Of a DNA stretch of 64,000 nucleotides, positions 25,545-34,033 are shown in pieces (positions within the stretch are counted from its first letter, which is position 1; every line of letters begins with the position of its first letter). The notes beneath the pieces are model-generated. The model saw only the letters and a list, made by a program, of their open reading frames with translations, did not search any database and had not been told where the DNA came from. This stretch comes from Vulcanimicrobiota bacterium. GTDB lineage: Bacteria > Vulcanimicrobiota > Vulcanimicrobiia > Vulcanimicrobiales > Vulcanimicrobiaceae. The DNA lies in assembly GCA_963834485.1 (NCBI GenBank), contig CAWICD010000001.1, positions 758,862 through 822,861 on the forward strand, read 5' to 3'. A program made the position numbers and the translations under genes.

Positions 25545-26705
25545 GTGCATCTCATTGACGACGGGAATATGTGGACGGTCGCCTGCTTCTGGATGCTGCT
25601 GGCGGCCGTCAGTTCGGCGCTGGCCATCCGCCTCAAGCTGGCGTCGGCGCTCGTCGAGATCGTCATCGGCGTCCTGGCGGGAAATTTCCTCGGCTTGCAC
25701 ACGAACTCGTGGATCGATTTCGTGGCCGGCTTCGGAAGCATCTTGCTCACGTTTTTGGCCGGCGCGGAGATCGACCCGGCCGTCCTGCGCAGGCAAGCCG
25801 TCCCGGCCGTCACGCTCGGTTTCGTCTCCTTCGGTGCGCCGTTCGCGGCAGCCGGCGTATTCGCGTTCTTCTTCGCGCATTGGTCCCTCGCCGGGGCGAA
25901 GATCGCCGGCATCGCGATGTCCACCACGTCCGTCGCCGTCGTCTACGCGGTCATGGTCGAGTCGGGTCTGGCCGAGCGTGAGTTCGGCCAGCTCATCCTT
26001 GCGGCGTGCTTTTTCACGGATCTGGGGACGGTCGTCGCCCTCGGTCTGCTCTTCGCCAATTACAATTGGTGGCTCGTCGCTCTGGTCGCAGGCATCGTCG
26101 CCACGATGGCTCTCGTCCCCAGGTTCCTCCCGACCGTCCTCGAGCGGACTCGCCGCTTCGTGAGCGAACCGGGGCTGCGCTTCCTCTTCACCGTGATCTT
26201 TCTGCTCGCTGCGATCGCGACGTATGCCAAGAGCGAGGGCGTGCTTCCGGCGTATTTTCTGGGCCTCGCGTGCGCCGGGATGATGATCACCCATTCCGAC
26301 GTGAAGCGGCGCCTCCAGACGATGGCGATGACGCTGCTGACGCCGTTCTTCTTTCTGAAAGCCGGAACGTACGTATCGCTGCGCGCGGCGGTGAGCGGCA
26401 TCGGGCTGATCGCGGCCCTCTTTTTCGTGAAGGTCGGCGCGAAGATTTTCGGCGTGCTGCCCACGGCTCGACTCTTCCGCTATGCGCCGCGCGATGCGAA
26501 TTACCTCACGTTGATGATGGCGACGGGACTGACCTTCGGCACGATCTCCAGCCTCTACGGTCTGACGCATCACTACATCGACCAAGCGCAGTACACGGCG
26601 CTCGTGACGGTCGTGATCCTCACCGCGGTCATCCCAACGCTGGTCGCTCAGATCCTCTTCAGGCCCGAGGAGGATCCCGAAGTGCTGGAAGCCGAGGTCC
26701 CCTGA
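25545..26705 (+). CDS. Cation:proton antiporter (CPA/Kef-type Na+/H+ exchanger family)
   Basis: About 12 hydrophobic helices and an N-terminus typical of Na+/H+ exchanger family proteins (LVEIVIGVLAGNFLG...LTFLAGAEID). GTG 25545 lies 6 nt after the AGGAG SD. Alternative starts at ATG 25527 and ATG 25569. Confidence 0.85.
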   Translation: MHLIDDGNMWTVACFWMLLAAVSSALAIRLKLASALVEIVIGVLAGNFLGLHTNSWIDFVAGFGSILLTFLAGAEIDPAVLRRQAVPAVTLGFVSFGAPFAAAGVFAFFFAHWSLAGAKIAGIAMSTTSVAVVYAVMVESGLAEREFGQLILAACFFTDLGTVVALGLLFANYNWWLVALVAGIVATMALVPRFLPTVLERTRRFVSEPGLRFLFTVIFLLAAIATYAKSEGVLPAYFLGLACAGMMITHSDVKRRLQTMAMTLLTPFFFLKAGTYVSLRAAVSGIGLIAALFFVKVGAKIFGVLPTARLFRYAPRDANYLTLMMATGLTFGTISSLYGLTHHYIDQAQYTALVTVVILTAVIPTLVAQILFRPEEDPEVLEAEVP

Positions 26706-26727
26706 ACGTCGCGTTTCGGTCGCCGCG

Positions 26728-27591
26728 TTACGAGCACTTCCCGACGTAGCCGCATTGCTGCAGGCATTGGATGCAGCCGCCTTGCGAGATGAGGTTGCCG
26801 CCGCATTTGGGGCACATGCCGACGCCCGCCATCATGGCTTTGCGGATGCTCTGCGTTGGCAGCGTCGCCATCGAGGAGAGGGTCGGCATCGCGTGGCCGC
26901 CGCCGTTGCCGTTCCCGCCGCCGTTGACGTGCGGGATGAGGTCGATCGATTTGGCGTTGGCCTGGATCTCGGCCTTGTCCTCGGGGCTGAGCGGGAAGAG
27001 GGGCTCGGCGACGGCGACCACGTCCGCCTCCGGACGCGCGTCGACGTCGGCGATCGCGAAGGTCAGCGTAAGCGCCTTGGCGAGGCCTTGCGAGATGCCG
27101 TCGGCGCAGGAGAGGGTCGTCGGGCCGTGGGCGTCGCGCATCTTGGGATTGGGGCAGCGCATCCCCTCGAACTTCTCGATGAACTTCTGCGGGTCAGCAC
27201 CGTAGCGCAGGCCGACCGAGATCGAGACGCCGAGCGCCTCGAGATAGGACTGCTGGCACGAGCCGCTCTTGCCCAGTTTGAAGAAGACTTCGAAAGGCCG
27301 CCCCTGCTCGTCCTCGTTGAGGGTGATGTAGAGCGGACCACAGCCCACGTTGGTCTGAACGGTGCGGCCGCGCAGCACCGGCGGGCGCCGGCGGTAGTCG
27401 TCCGCCGCCGGCCTGGGCGCACCGCGCAGCTCGGCGGTGCGCGCCTGCAGGTCCTCGACGCGCTTGACGAGTTTGCCGGCCGCCTCGGCGCAGGCGGCGT
27501 TCTTCGCCTGCAGCTCGGCATTCTCGGCCTGCAGCCGCTCGACGCGCTCGATCAGTCCGGCGATCGTTGTCTTGACGGCGAGTTCATCCAC
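26728..27591 (-). CDS. Class II RNR C-terminal subunit: coiled-coil + TSCPD domain + C-terminal CxxC...CxxC tail (NrdJb-like)
   Basis: GRTVQTNVGCGPLYITLNEDEQGRPFEVFFKLGKSGSC... is the TSCPD domain normally fused to NrdJ, and the protein ends CPKCGG...CIQCLQQCGYVGKCS. GTG 27591 is preceded by GGAGG and lies 1 nt after the nrdJ stop. Confidence 0.8.
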   Translation of the reverse strand: MDELAVKTTIAGLIERVERLQAENAELQAKNAACAEAAGKLVKRVEDLQARTAELRGAPRPAADDYRRRPPVLRGRTVQTNVGCGPLYITLNEDEQGRPFEVFFKLGKSGSCQQSYLEALGVSISVGLRYGADPQKFIEKFEGMRCPNPKMRDAHGPTTLSCADGISQGLAKALTLTFAIADVDARPEADVVAVAEPLFPLSPEDKAEIQANAKSIDLIPHVNGGGNGNGGGHAMPTLSSMATLPTQSIRKAMMAGVGMCPKCGGNLISQGGCIQCLQQCGYVGKCS

Positions 27592-27592
27592 G

Positions 27593-30500
27593 TCAGCGTA
27601 CCTCCAGCAGCGCCTTCGCCTTCGCGAGGAGCGCGTCGATATCCAGTTCGTCCTGAGCCTTCGCCGCCGGCGCCGCGGCGGCGTCGCTTCCGGCGGCCTT
27701 GAGATCGCCGTCCTTCGAGAAGGTGACGACCTGTTCCGTGCGCGAGCCGTCACGATAATACGTGAAGCCCTTGCACCCTTTCTCGTACGCCCGGAAGATC
27801 GCGCGCGAAACATTCTCCCGCGTGTCGTCGTTGGGCGCGTTGATCGTATTGTGACTGACCAGACCGTTGACCACGTAGCTATGCGACTCCTCAACCTCGA
27901 TATCGTACGTCTGCGCTTCGGACGTTTCGATGCTCGCGACTTTGACGAGATACTCCTTCGGATCGGCCAGCGGGACGTGCGGCTTCTCGAGGGTGCTGGC
28001 GAAGCAGTGCTGCGGCCGCCGCTCTTCGAGACTGCGCAGATTGCTGAACTCGGAGTGCGAATGAGAAAGTGACATTGCGAAGACTTCATTGGGCAACCGC
28101 ACGAGGCGCTGCGGATTCGCTGAAGCGGCCCCCTTTCGACTTTCCACGGGGTCGAGCAGCTCCTGAAGTTCCGACGTGACGCGGACTTGGTGGACGACGT
28201 AGCCGTCGGCCTTGGTCTCGGTCCAGCGATAGCATGCCGGCACGCCCAAGGAACGGCAGAGCGCTTCCAACTCGTCTGCAAGGTTGCGGCTGATCCCGGA
28301 ATACACGACCAAGGCATTGCGATGCGCATCGCGCGCAAGGTACCCGTCGAGACTGACGCCGTTGAGGAAGGCGATTTTCTCGGTCGCGGAGCCGCGCAGA
28401 ATCTGCGCCGGCACGTGCTTGTTCCCGGCCCCCCTGCCGATCGAGTCCGCGACGTATCGAGCCAAAGCGCGTGACGTCAAATGACGCGTGCGAACGCCGG
28501 AACGCTTGTCGAACACGACTCGGGGCCTCTGCTGGAACAGCTGCGTGCAGAGAGCGTCGAACGTGCGCGCGACATCACCGCTGTCGTCTTTTTCGGAGAT
28601 GCCGACGTTTCCGGTCGATTCGACGGTGTGTCCGCCGGCTGCCATCATACCGAGCCAAAGGGCTAGCTCCGGGCTCATGACCTCCGGCAAGGTGACCGGA
28701 GTAGCCGTGTTGCGGAAGGGATAAGGGCTGACGTCGATCGGAGCTCCGCCGGCTCCTGAGATCTCTTCGAATCGGCCGACGATGAGGTCGCCGACCTGAA
28801 GGTCGGCCATGGCCTTCCAGCCGTCGATCGTCAGGACGTGGTGCGTTTCACTCGCCTCGAGCGTCGCTCCGTTCTTGGTTCGGATGCGAACCGTCTTCAC
28901 CCGACCGTTGCTGTAGAAGCCCGTCACACGCCGGCGCCGGCCGTCGTGAGAGACCACGTGATAGGTGTCGTTGAGCTCGCCGAACGTGCCCTCAGCCGCG
29001 ATCCCCATCTGCTCGATCGGAATGAGGCCGCGATCCGTCGGGATCAACGTCCCCTCCGCGACGCACTTGGAGACCGCGTTGCAGGTGTATTTCTGAAACG
29101 CTGCCAGCATGTCGATGTGCTGGTCGACGGTGACGTCGGCGGCGACGGTGAAGACCTCTTGCCAGTGCTTGGGGGCACCGGGCAGCCCTTTGAGCGAGCC
29201 GCGGTTGTTCTCGATCTCCGCCAGCAGCTCGTCGGAGAAGAAGCCCTCGTCTTTGGCGACCTCCTCAAAGAGCGGCACGACGTAGTAGAGGTGCTGCGGG
29301 CGGCCTTCGGCATCTTTCATGACGTGCTTGGTGTAGGCCATGCCGAAGTACGGCTCGCAGCCGAAGCTGCAGCCGGCGATCATCGAGATCGTCCCAGTCG
29401 GCGCGATCGAGAGCAGCGCGGCGTTGCGGCGCGGCCGCGGGTCGCCGGCCCACGTCGAGAGATGCTTGTTCGGGAAGTCGCCGCGCTCGCGCGCCAGCAA
29501 CTCGCTCGCCTCGACGGCGCGCTGCTGGATGAACTTCATCAGCTTGCCCGCGAACTCGATCGCCTGCGGCGAGCCGTACGCGATCTCGAGCTCGATGAGC
29601 AAATCGGCGAAGCCCATGATACCCAGGCCGACCCGCCGGTTGCCCTTGACCATCTCTTCGATCTCGGCGAGCGGGTAGATGTTCGCGTCGATGACGTTGT
29701 CGAGAAAGCGGATCGCCAGCGTCGTCGCCTGCGCGAGCCGTTCCCAATCAACGTCCTTGGCCGAAGCGTCGTAAAAATGTCCGACGTTGATCGAGCCTAA
29801 GTTGCAAGAATCGAATCCGTGGAGGAATTGCTCCCCGCAATTCGACACATATATGGTATTCGCGTCGAATGCGTGCGGACCGGGAATCGTGCAATCGTAC
29901 ACCGGTGCGAAGCCCGCATCGACGACTTCTCGGACGACAGCGTACGGCTTGGCGGCGTGCGCCGAGTACGGAAGGGAGTTGACGTCTGCGAGCTTACGAG
30001 CTTTCTTCGGCTCGGCGAAACCGACGACGCGAGCGAACTTCTCGAGCGAGCGCCACGGGATCGAGAGTTCGTGGTAAGCGCTGCAAGCATATTCACGCTT
30101 GCCGCCATGCCCGTCTGGGAGAGTTCGCATCGCGGCCGGAGGGCGGTTGCGATAGATGCGCGAGACGATGCCAAGCCTGTTCAGCATTCGCTGCGCTGCG
30201 CGAAGATCGTCGAGGTCGCTCGAGGTGAGACGCACGTAAAAGCCGGACTGGGCGCTTCCGCCGACGGTACCGTCGGCGTCGAACCAGCCTTGCAGGAAAC
30301 CGCGATAGAAGTCGTGCGAAGCGGTTTCGACCGCGCTGCCGACGTGCTTGTTCTCGGCAGTGATACCGAAAGCCGCTGCCAACTCGACCAACGACGTCGA
30401 TTGCAAGCGAATCTCGCCGCGCCCGGGGATGCGGCATCCTTCAAAGTCGGAACGAACGCGGACCCGTTGACGCACAAGACTCGCCGAGCGCTGAGCCGTG

Positions 30501-33268
30501 AAGTCGGCGTCTTCGCCCCAGCAGCTCAACACGACGTTCGGGCCTTTGCCTTCCCCGCGCTGATGGAAGTGGCCGTCGCCGACCAAACTCCCGAGCAGCA
30601 CGCCTTCTTCGAACGTTCCCGGTCCATCCCAAACGAAGCGTTCGTGCTGGTGGATCGAGACTCGATCGCCTGCCTGCAGTTCGCCGAGTTGCTTCCACTT
30701 GCGCTCGCCGCTGTTCGTGAGCGTCATGATCTTGTGATCGGGAGTCGCCGTGACGCTCGCGCCGGTATCGGTCTCCAACCGGACGACCGCCTTGACGCCG
30801 GTAAAGAAGAAGCCGTCTTCGGTCGAAGCGTACGGCTCGCCGTCGACGATGGCGCCGAAGGGCATGCCGATGAGGTCCTTGACCTGGCGCGGACCGTCGA
30901 ACGTGTGAACCCACGTGTCTCCCGTGACGCACGGGTTGGTGGCTTGGATCGGGCCGAGGCCCGGAAGCGGGTTTGCCTCGGGATGATCGAGGAAGAGCAC
31001 GCCGGGCTCGCCGTTCTGCCAGGCGCCCTCGACGATGCCGTCCCAGATTTCGCGCGCTTTGACGGTGCACACGGCTTCCTTCGTGCGCGGATCGCGAAGC
31101 GCAAAATCCGCGTCGGCCTTGACGGCCTGCATGAACTCGTCGGTGACGCCGATCGAGATGTTGAAGTTGCTGATCTGCGTCTGCAGGAGCTCTTGCTTGA
31201 TGTGCGCCAGCTCTTCCGCGGAATAGCGCCCGCAGTCGCTCAGGCGGTTCCAGAGCGCCCGGTTCTCGGCGTCGAGCTCCTTCTTGCAGCGCATGAATTG
31301 GAAGACGTCGGGATGGTCGACGCGCAGCACGCCCATGTTGGCGCCGCGGCGCACCCCGCCTTGCTTGATCGAGTCGGTCGCCGCGTTGAAGACCTTCATG
31401 AAGGAGACCGGACCCGAAGCGTCCTTCCCGGTCGAATCGACCCGAGCGCCCTGATGGCGCAAGTCGGAGAAGGAGAAGCCGGTGTTGTGGACGATCGCCA
31501 GGCCGTTTCGCCCGGCGGCATACGTATTCCAATCCGCCACGCTCAGATCGTAGAACGGCGCCTTGACGCGGGCGCGCTCGACCGACACGATCTCCTGGCC
31601 GCGCGTCGCCACGTTGCGCAAGAGGCCGCCGAGCGCGGCGTCGCTCGCGGAGAGGGCTTTCGCGACGGCCTCCAAGCCGCTGCGGTCGACTCGATCGTGG
31701 ATGCTCCAGTCGTTGAGCTCGCGCGCGCACGCGCCGGCGCCGTGCGTGGCGCTTCCTTGCACGCCGGCCGCGCGCAACAGCGGCTTCCAAACGGCGTAGG
31801 CGAGGGGCAGCGCCGACTCTTTCGAGGAGTCGCTTTGCAAACGCTCGCGGCGGCGCACGTTCGCGAGGTACGGCTGCAGGTCGGCGGCGAGCCGGTTGAC
31901 TTCGGGCAAGCGGCAGAGCAGAACGTTGTAGGCCGGCAGCTTCCCGCGGCCGTGCGGTTCCTTGCGCCTGACCGAAGGCTTGTAGCCCAGGAGGCTCATC
32001 AGCGCGGCGAGATCCTGCGCCATCGCTTCGCTCGCCGTCGCATACGAGGGGCTTCCATCGGCATCGACGCAGCCGTCGCTGTCGAGCAAGCCGGCGACGA
32101 ACGCGCGCACGACGCCGAGCGGGGACTTGCCGATCGTCTCGGGGAGGCGGATCGTCGCATCCTTCGGCCCGTTCGCGCTCACTCCGCATGCGCTGCGCAG
32201 GGCATGCACGAACGGTTGATCGAGGGTCGTCACGTAGCGGCACTCGCCGCGCGTATCCTGTTGAATCCTGACCCGGATGTCATGGCGCGCGAGCACTTGC
32301 CGGACGCGCTCGAGCACGTCCTCCGTGCCGGAGAACCAACGGACGCGGTCTTTGCCGAAGCGTTTGTGGCGCCCGAAAGAACCGTCGCCGAGCGTGAAGC
32401 CGATCAGCCAGGCGAGCTGCGGATCGAGCGTCAAGCCGCCGGCCGTCCGCAGTTCGGTGTGCGGCCAGAACGCGTCCGGCCGATCCGTCCCCAAGAGGAT
32501 GTCGCCTGCCTGGAGTTCGTCGGCGCGTATCTCGGCGAGTGCGGCGCCGCGCAGCACGACGAAGGGGTGCCAAGCGCTGGTCTGCAGCTCGACGCCCTCG
32601 CGCGTCCGGACGACGTACTGCTGCTCGACCGGCACGTCGAAGCTCCACACGTGCGTGACCTGACGCAGACCCGTCTCACCGCTCTTCGGATCCATCGAAA
32701 GCGTCTGAATTCCAAGGTCGCTCACGTCGTATGCGACGCCGTTGCCGCGCTTCACGCCGCTTCGACCGTCGGCGGTCGTCCGCGCGAACAGCACTTCGAT
32801 CGGCTCGACGCCGCAGAACGTCGACCAGACGCGCGAATCGCCGGCGATGCAGCCCCCGCCGCTCTTCTGGATGAGTGCCATCGCCTTGAGGTTGTAGAAG
32901 ATCCCCTCGATCGAGTCGGGGACGGGCAGCACGAAGCAGGCCGAGAGCATCGAGAGCGGGCGGCCGGCGTTGACCAAGCACGGGGTGTTGGGCATGAAGT
33001 CGCGCCGCGCCATCAGGTCGTAGAAGGCGTGGGCGACGCCCGAGGCGACCGCTTCCGGATCGCGGCCGAGCTGATGCGCATACCGCCGCTCGGGCAGCGC
33101 GATCGCCGAGGCGACGCGCCACAAGAACTCCTTGGGCGTCTCGGTCGTTCCGTCGGCTTTCTTGGCGAAGTACCGTTCGTTGAGGACCCGCATGGCGTTG
33201 GGGTCGAACGAGGGCTCGGAGAGGCCCTTGGGGACGGAGGCGGCGGCGGCGAGGGGGGCGTCGGACAT
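27593..33268 (-). CDS. nrdJ: Adenosylcobalamin-dependent (class II) ribonucleotide reductase NrdJ, interrupted by three inteins
   Basis: Extein motifs are FMPNTPCLVNAG, SACFVLP, GGG|TGFSFSDLR, NP|CGEQ, APTGTIS, SK|TIN and GCKGFTYYRDGSR. The 1891-aa precursor gives 665 aa of extein by my residue count. Confidence 0.95.
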   Translation of the reverse strand: MSDAPLAAAASVPKGLSEPSFDPNAMRVLNERYFAKKADGTTETPKEFLWRVASAIALPERRYAHQLGRDPEAVASGVAHAFYDLMARRDFMPNTPCLVNAGRPLSMLSACFVLPVPDSIEGIFYNLKAMALIQKSGGGCIAGDSRVWSTFCGVEPIEVLFARTTADGRSGVKRGNGVAYDVSDLGIQTLSMDPKSGETGLRQVTHVWSFDVPVEQQYVVRTREGVELQTSAWHPFVVLRGAALAEIRADELQAGDILLGTDRPDAFWPHTELRTAGGLTLDPQLAWLIGFTLGDGSFGRHKRFGKDRVRWFSGTEDVLERVRQVLARHDIRVRIQQDTRGECRYVTTLDQPFVHALRSACGVSANGPKDATIRLPETIGKSPLGVVRAFVAGLLDSDGCVDADGSPSYATASEAMAQDLAALMSLLGYKPSVRRKEPHGRGKLPAYNVLLCRLPEVNRLAADLQPYLANVRRRERLQSDSSKESALPLAYAVWKPLLRAAGVQGSATHGAGACARELNDWSIHDRVDRSGLEAVAKALSASDAALGGLLRNVATRGQEIVSVERARVKAPFYDLSVADWNTYAAGRNGLAIVHNTGFSFSDLRHQGARVDSTGKDASGPVSFMKVFNAATDSIKQGGVRRGANMGVLRVDHPDVFQFMRCKKELDAENRALWNRLSDCGRYSAEELAHIKQELLQTQISNFNISIGVTDEFMQAVKADADFALRDPRTKEAVCTVKAREIWDGIVEGAWQNGEPGVLFLDHPEANPLPGLGPIQATNPCVTGDTWVHTFDGPRQVKDLIGMPFGAIVDGEPYASTEDGFFFTGVKAVVRLETDTGASVTATPDHKIMTLTNSGERKWKQLGELQAGDRVSIHQHERFVWDGPGTFEEGVLLGSLVGDGHFHQRGEGKGPNVVLSCWGEDADFTAQRSASLVRQRVRVRSDFEGCRIPGRGEIRLQSTSLVELAAAFGITAENKHVGSAVETASHDFYRGFLQGWFDADGTVGGSAQSGFYVRLTSSDLDDLRAAQRMLNRLGIVSRIYRNRPPAAMRTLPDGHGGKREYACSAYHELSIPWRSLEKFARVVGFAEPKKARKLADVNSLPYSAHAAKPYAVVREVVDAGFAPVYDCTIPGPHAFDANTIYVSNCGEQFLHGFDSCNLGSINVGHFYDASAKDVDWERLAQATTLAIRFLDNVIDANIYPLAEIEEMVKGNRRVGLGIMGFADLLIELEIAYGSPQAIEFAGKLMKFIQQRAVEASELLARERGDFPNKHLSTWAGDPRPRRNAALLSIAPTGTISMIAGCSFGCEPYFGMAYTKHVMKDAEGRPQHLYYVVPLFEEVAKDEGFFSDELLAEIENNRGSLKGLPGAPKHWQEVFTVAADVTVDQHIDMLAAFQKYTCNAVSKCVAEGTLIPTDRGLIPIEQMGIAAEGTFGELNDTYHVVSHDGRRRRVTGFYSNGRVKTVRIRTKNGATLEASETHHVLTIDGWKAMADLQVGDLIVGRFEEISGAGGAPIDVSPYPFRNTATPVTLPEVMSPELALWLGMMAAGGHTVESTGNVGISEKDDSGDVARTFDALCTQLFQQRPRVVFDKRSGVRTRHLTSRALARYVADSIGRGAGNKHVPAQILRGSATEKIAFLNGVSLDGYLARDAHRNALVVYSGISRNLADELEALCRSLGVPACYRWTETKADGYVVHQVRVTSELQELLDPVESRKGAASANPQRLVRLPNEVFAMSLSHSHSEFSNLRSLEERRPQHCFASTLEKPHVPLADPKEYLVKVASIETSEAQTYDIEVEESHSYVVNGLVSHNTINAPNDDTRENVSRAIFRAYEKGCKGFTYYRDGSRTEQVVTFSKDGDLKAAGSDAAAAPAAKAQDELDIDALLAKAKALLEVR
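27848..29065 (-). mobile_element. Intein 3 in NrdJ (406 aa, degenerate LAGLIDADG domain)
   Basis: Begins CVAEGTLI after ...CNAVSK and ends ...GLVSHN followed by Thr (TINAP), which restores SKTIN. Endonuclease blocks are LWLGMMAAGGHT (acidic residue missing) and FLNGVSLDGYL. Confidence 0.85.
29840..30931 (-). mobile_element. Intein 2 in NrdJ (364 aa, LAGLIDADG type)
   Basis: Begins CVTGDTWV after ...IQATNP and ends ...TIYVSN followed by Cys (CGEQFL), which restores NPCGEQ. Blocks are LLGSLVGDGHF and FLQGWFDADGTV. Confidence 0.9.
31484..32851 (-). mobile_element. Intein 1 in NrdJ (456 aa, LAGLIDADG homing-endonuclease type)
   Basis: Begins CIAGDSRV right after ...QKSGGG and ends ...LAIVHN followed by Thr (TGFSFS). 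LAGLIDADG blocks are LIGFTLGDGSF and FVAGLLDSDGCV. Confidence 0.9.
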
Positions 33269-33353
33269 GCTAGGCTACCTCCATCACGCTGGTTTTCTTC
33301 GGGAAACAGGCCCCAAACACCTGTTCGATAAGGCTAGGCTAATTTTTGAGGCG

Positions 33354-33403
33354 GTGCCCTATATAGTACACCCGAAGCTTCGTAGATACAAGATATTGGG
33401 GTG
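33354..33403 (-). promoter_or_regulatory. nrdJ promoter candidate embedded in AT-rich palindromic elements
   Basis: Minus strand reads TTGTAT (33391-33386), a 17-nt spacer, then TACTAT (33368-33363). CCCTATATAGT and CAAGATATTGGG flank the palindrome CGAAGCTTCG. Confidence 0.4.
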
Positions 33404-33550
33404 AGTTCACACTCCCTTGGGAAGAACCGGTGGATGGGCGGTGAGCAAGCGCACTTTCCTGTGGACTCGCGGTGGAGCGGGGGCGGCCGATGTGGACGGC
33501 CTGCGCAAAAGTCCGAGGATAGCGGGGAACGAGCGCGCAACGCACGGCTG

Positions 33551-34027
33551 GTGCTCCGTCCCGACTCTTACGCGGAACGCCTCAGCGGCGTCTCGCTCGA
33601 GGATCTCTCCGCAGCCGGCATCGCCGGTATCATCGTCGACCTCGACAACACGCTCGTCGGTTACGGCCAGGAGCACCTCTCCGCGCAAGACGCCGCCTGG
33701 ATCGCGGCCGCGCGCGAACGCGGTTTCCGCATCTGTTTGGTCTCGAACAATTTCACCGGCCGGGTCGAGCGGGTCGCCCAGGAGCTCGGCGTCCCCGGGA
33801 TCTCGAGCGCCCTCAAGCCGCTGCCGCGCGGCTTCGCCCAAGCGCTGCGCGTGCTCGGGACGCCGAAAGCCCGAACCGTCGTGGTCGGCGACCAGCTCTT
33901 CACCGACGTGCTCGGCGCCAAGCTGATCGGTCTGCGCTGCATCCTCACCCAGCCGCTCGTCGCGCACGACTGGTACGGCACGCGCGTGCTGCGCTTCCTC
34001 GAGCGGCACCTCCTGGGCCGCAGGTAA
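33551..34027 (+). CDS. yqeG: YqeG-family HAD-IIIA phosphatase
   Basis: GIIVDLDNTLV, LVSNN and VVVGDQLFTDV motifs. Start uncertain: GTG 33551 was chosen, and the ORF is open from 33401. Confidence 0.75.
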   Translation: MLRPDSYAERLSGVSLEDLSAAGIAGIIVDLDNTLVGYGQEHLSAQDAAWIAAARERGFRICLVSNNFTGRVERVAQELGVPGISSALKPLPRGFAQALRVLGTPKARTVVVGDQLFTDVLGAKLIGLRCILTQPLVAHDWYGTRVLRFLERHLLGRR

Positions 34028-34033
34028 GGGCAC

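Noticed and set aside
26728-28338. 536-aa ORF overlapping the 3' end of nrdJ.
   Set aside because: The N-terminal 249 codons overlap intein 3 and the extein of nrdJ in another frame and are low-complexity. Only the part from GTG 27591 (TSCPD domain) was kept.
33269-33360. Cobalamin riboswitch in the nrdJ 5' UTR.
   Set aside because: The UTR is only about 90 nt and has no B12-box-like GCCACUG core. B12 riboswitches normally repress B12-independent isozymes rather than nrdJ.
33354-33403. Confident NrdR-box call.
   Set aside because: Position-by-position comparison with the acaCwAtATaTwGtgt consensus gave poor agreement: the central palindrome is 2 nt short in one element, and about 9 of 16 positions match in the other. 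It is kept only as an operator/promoter candidate.
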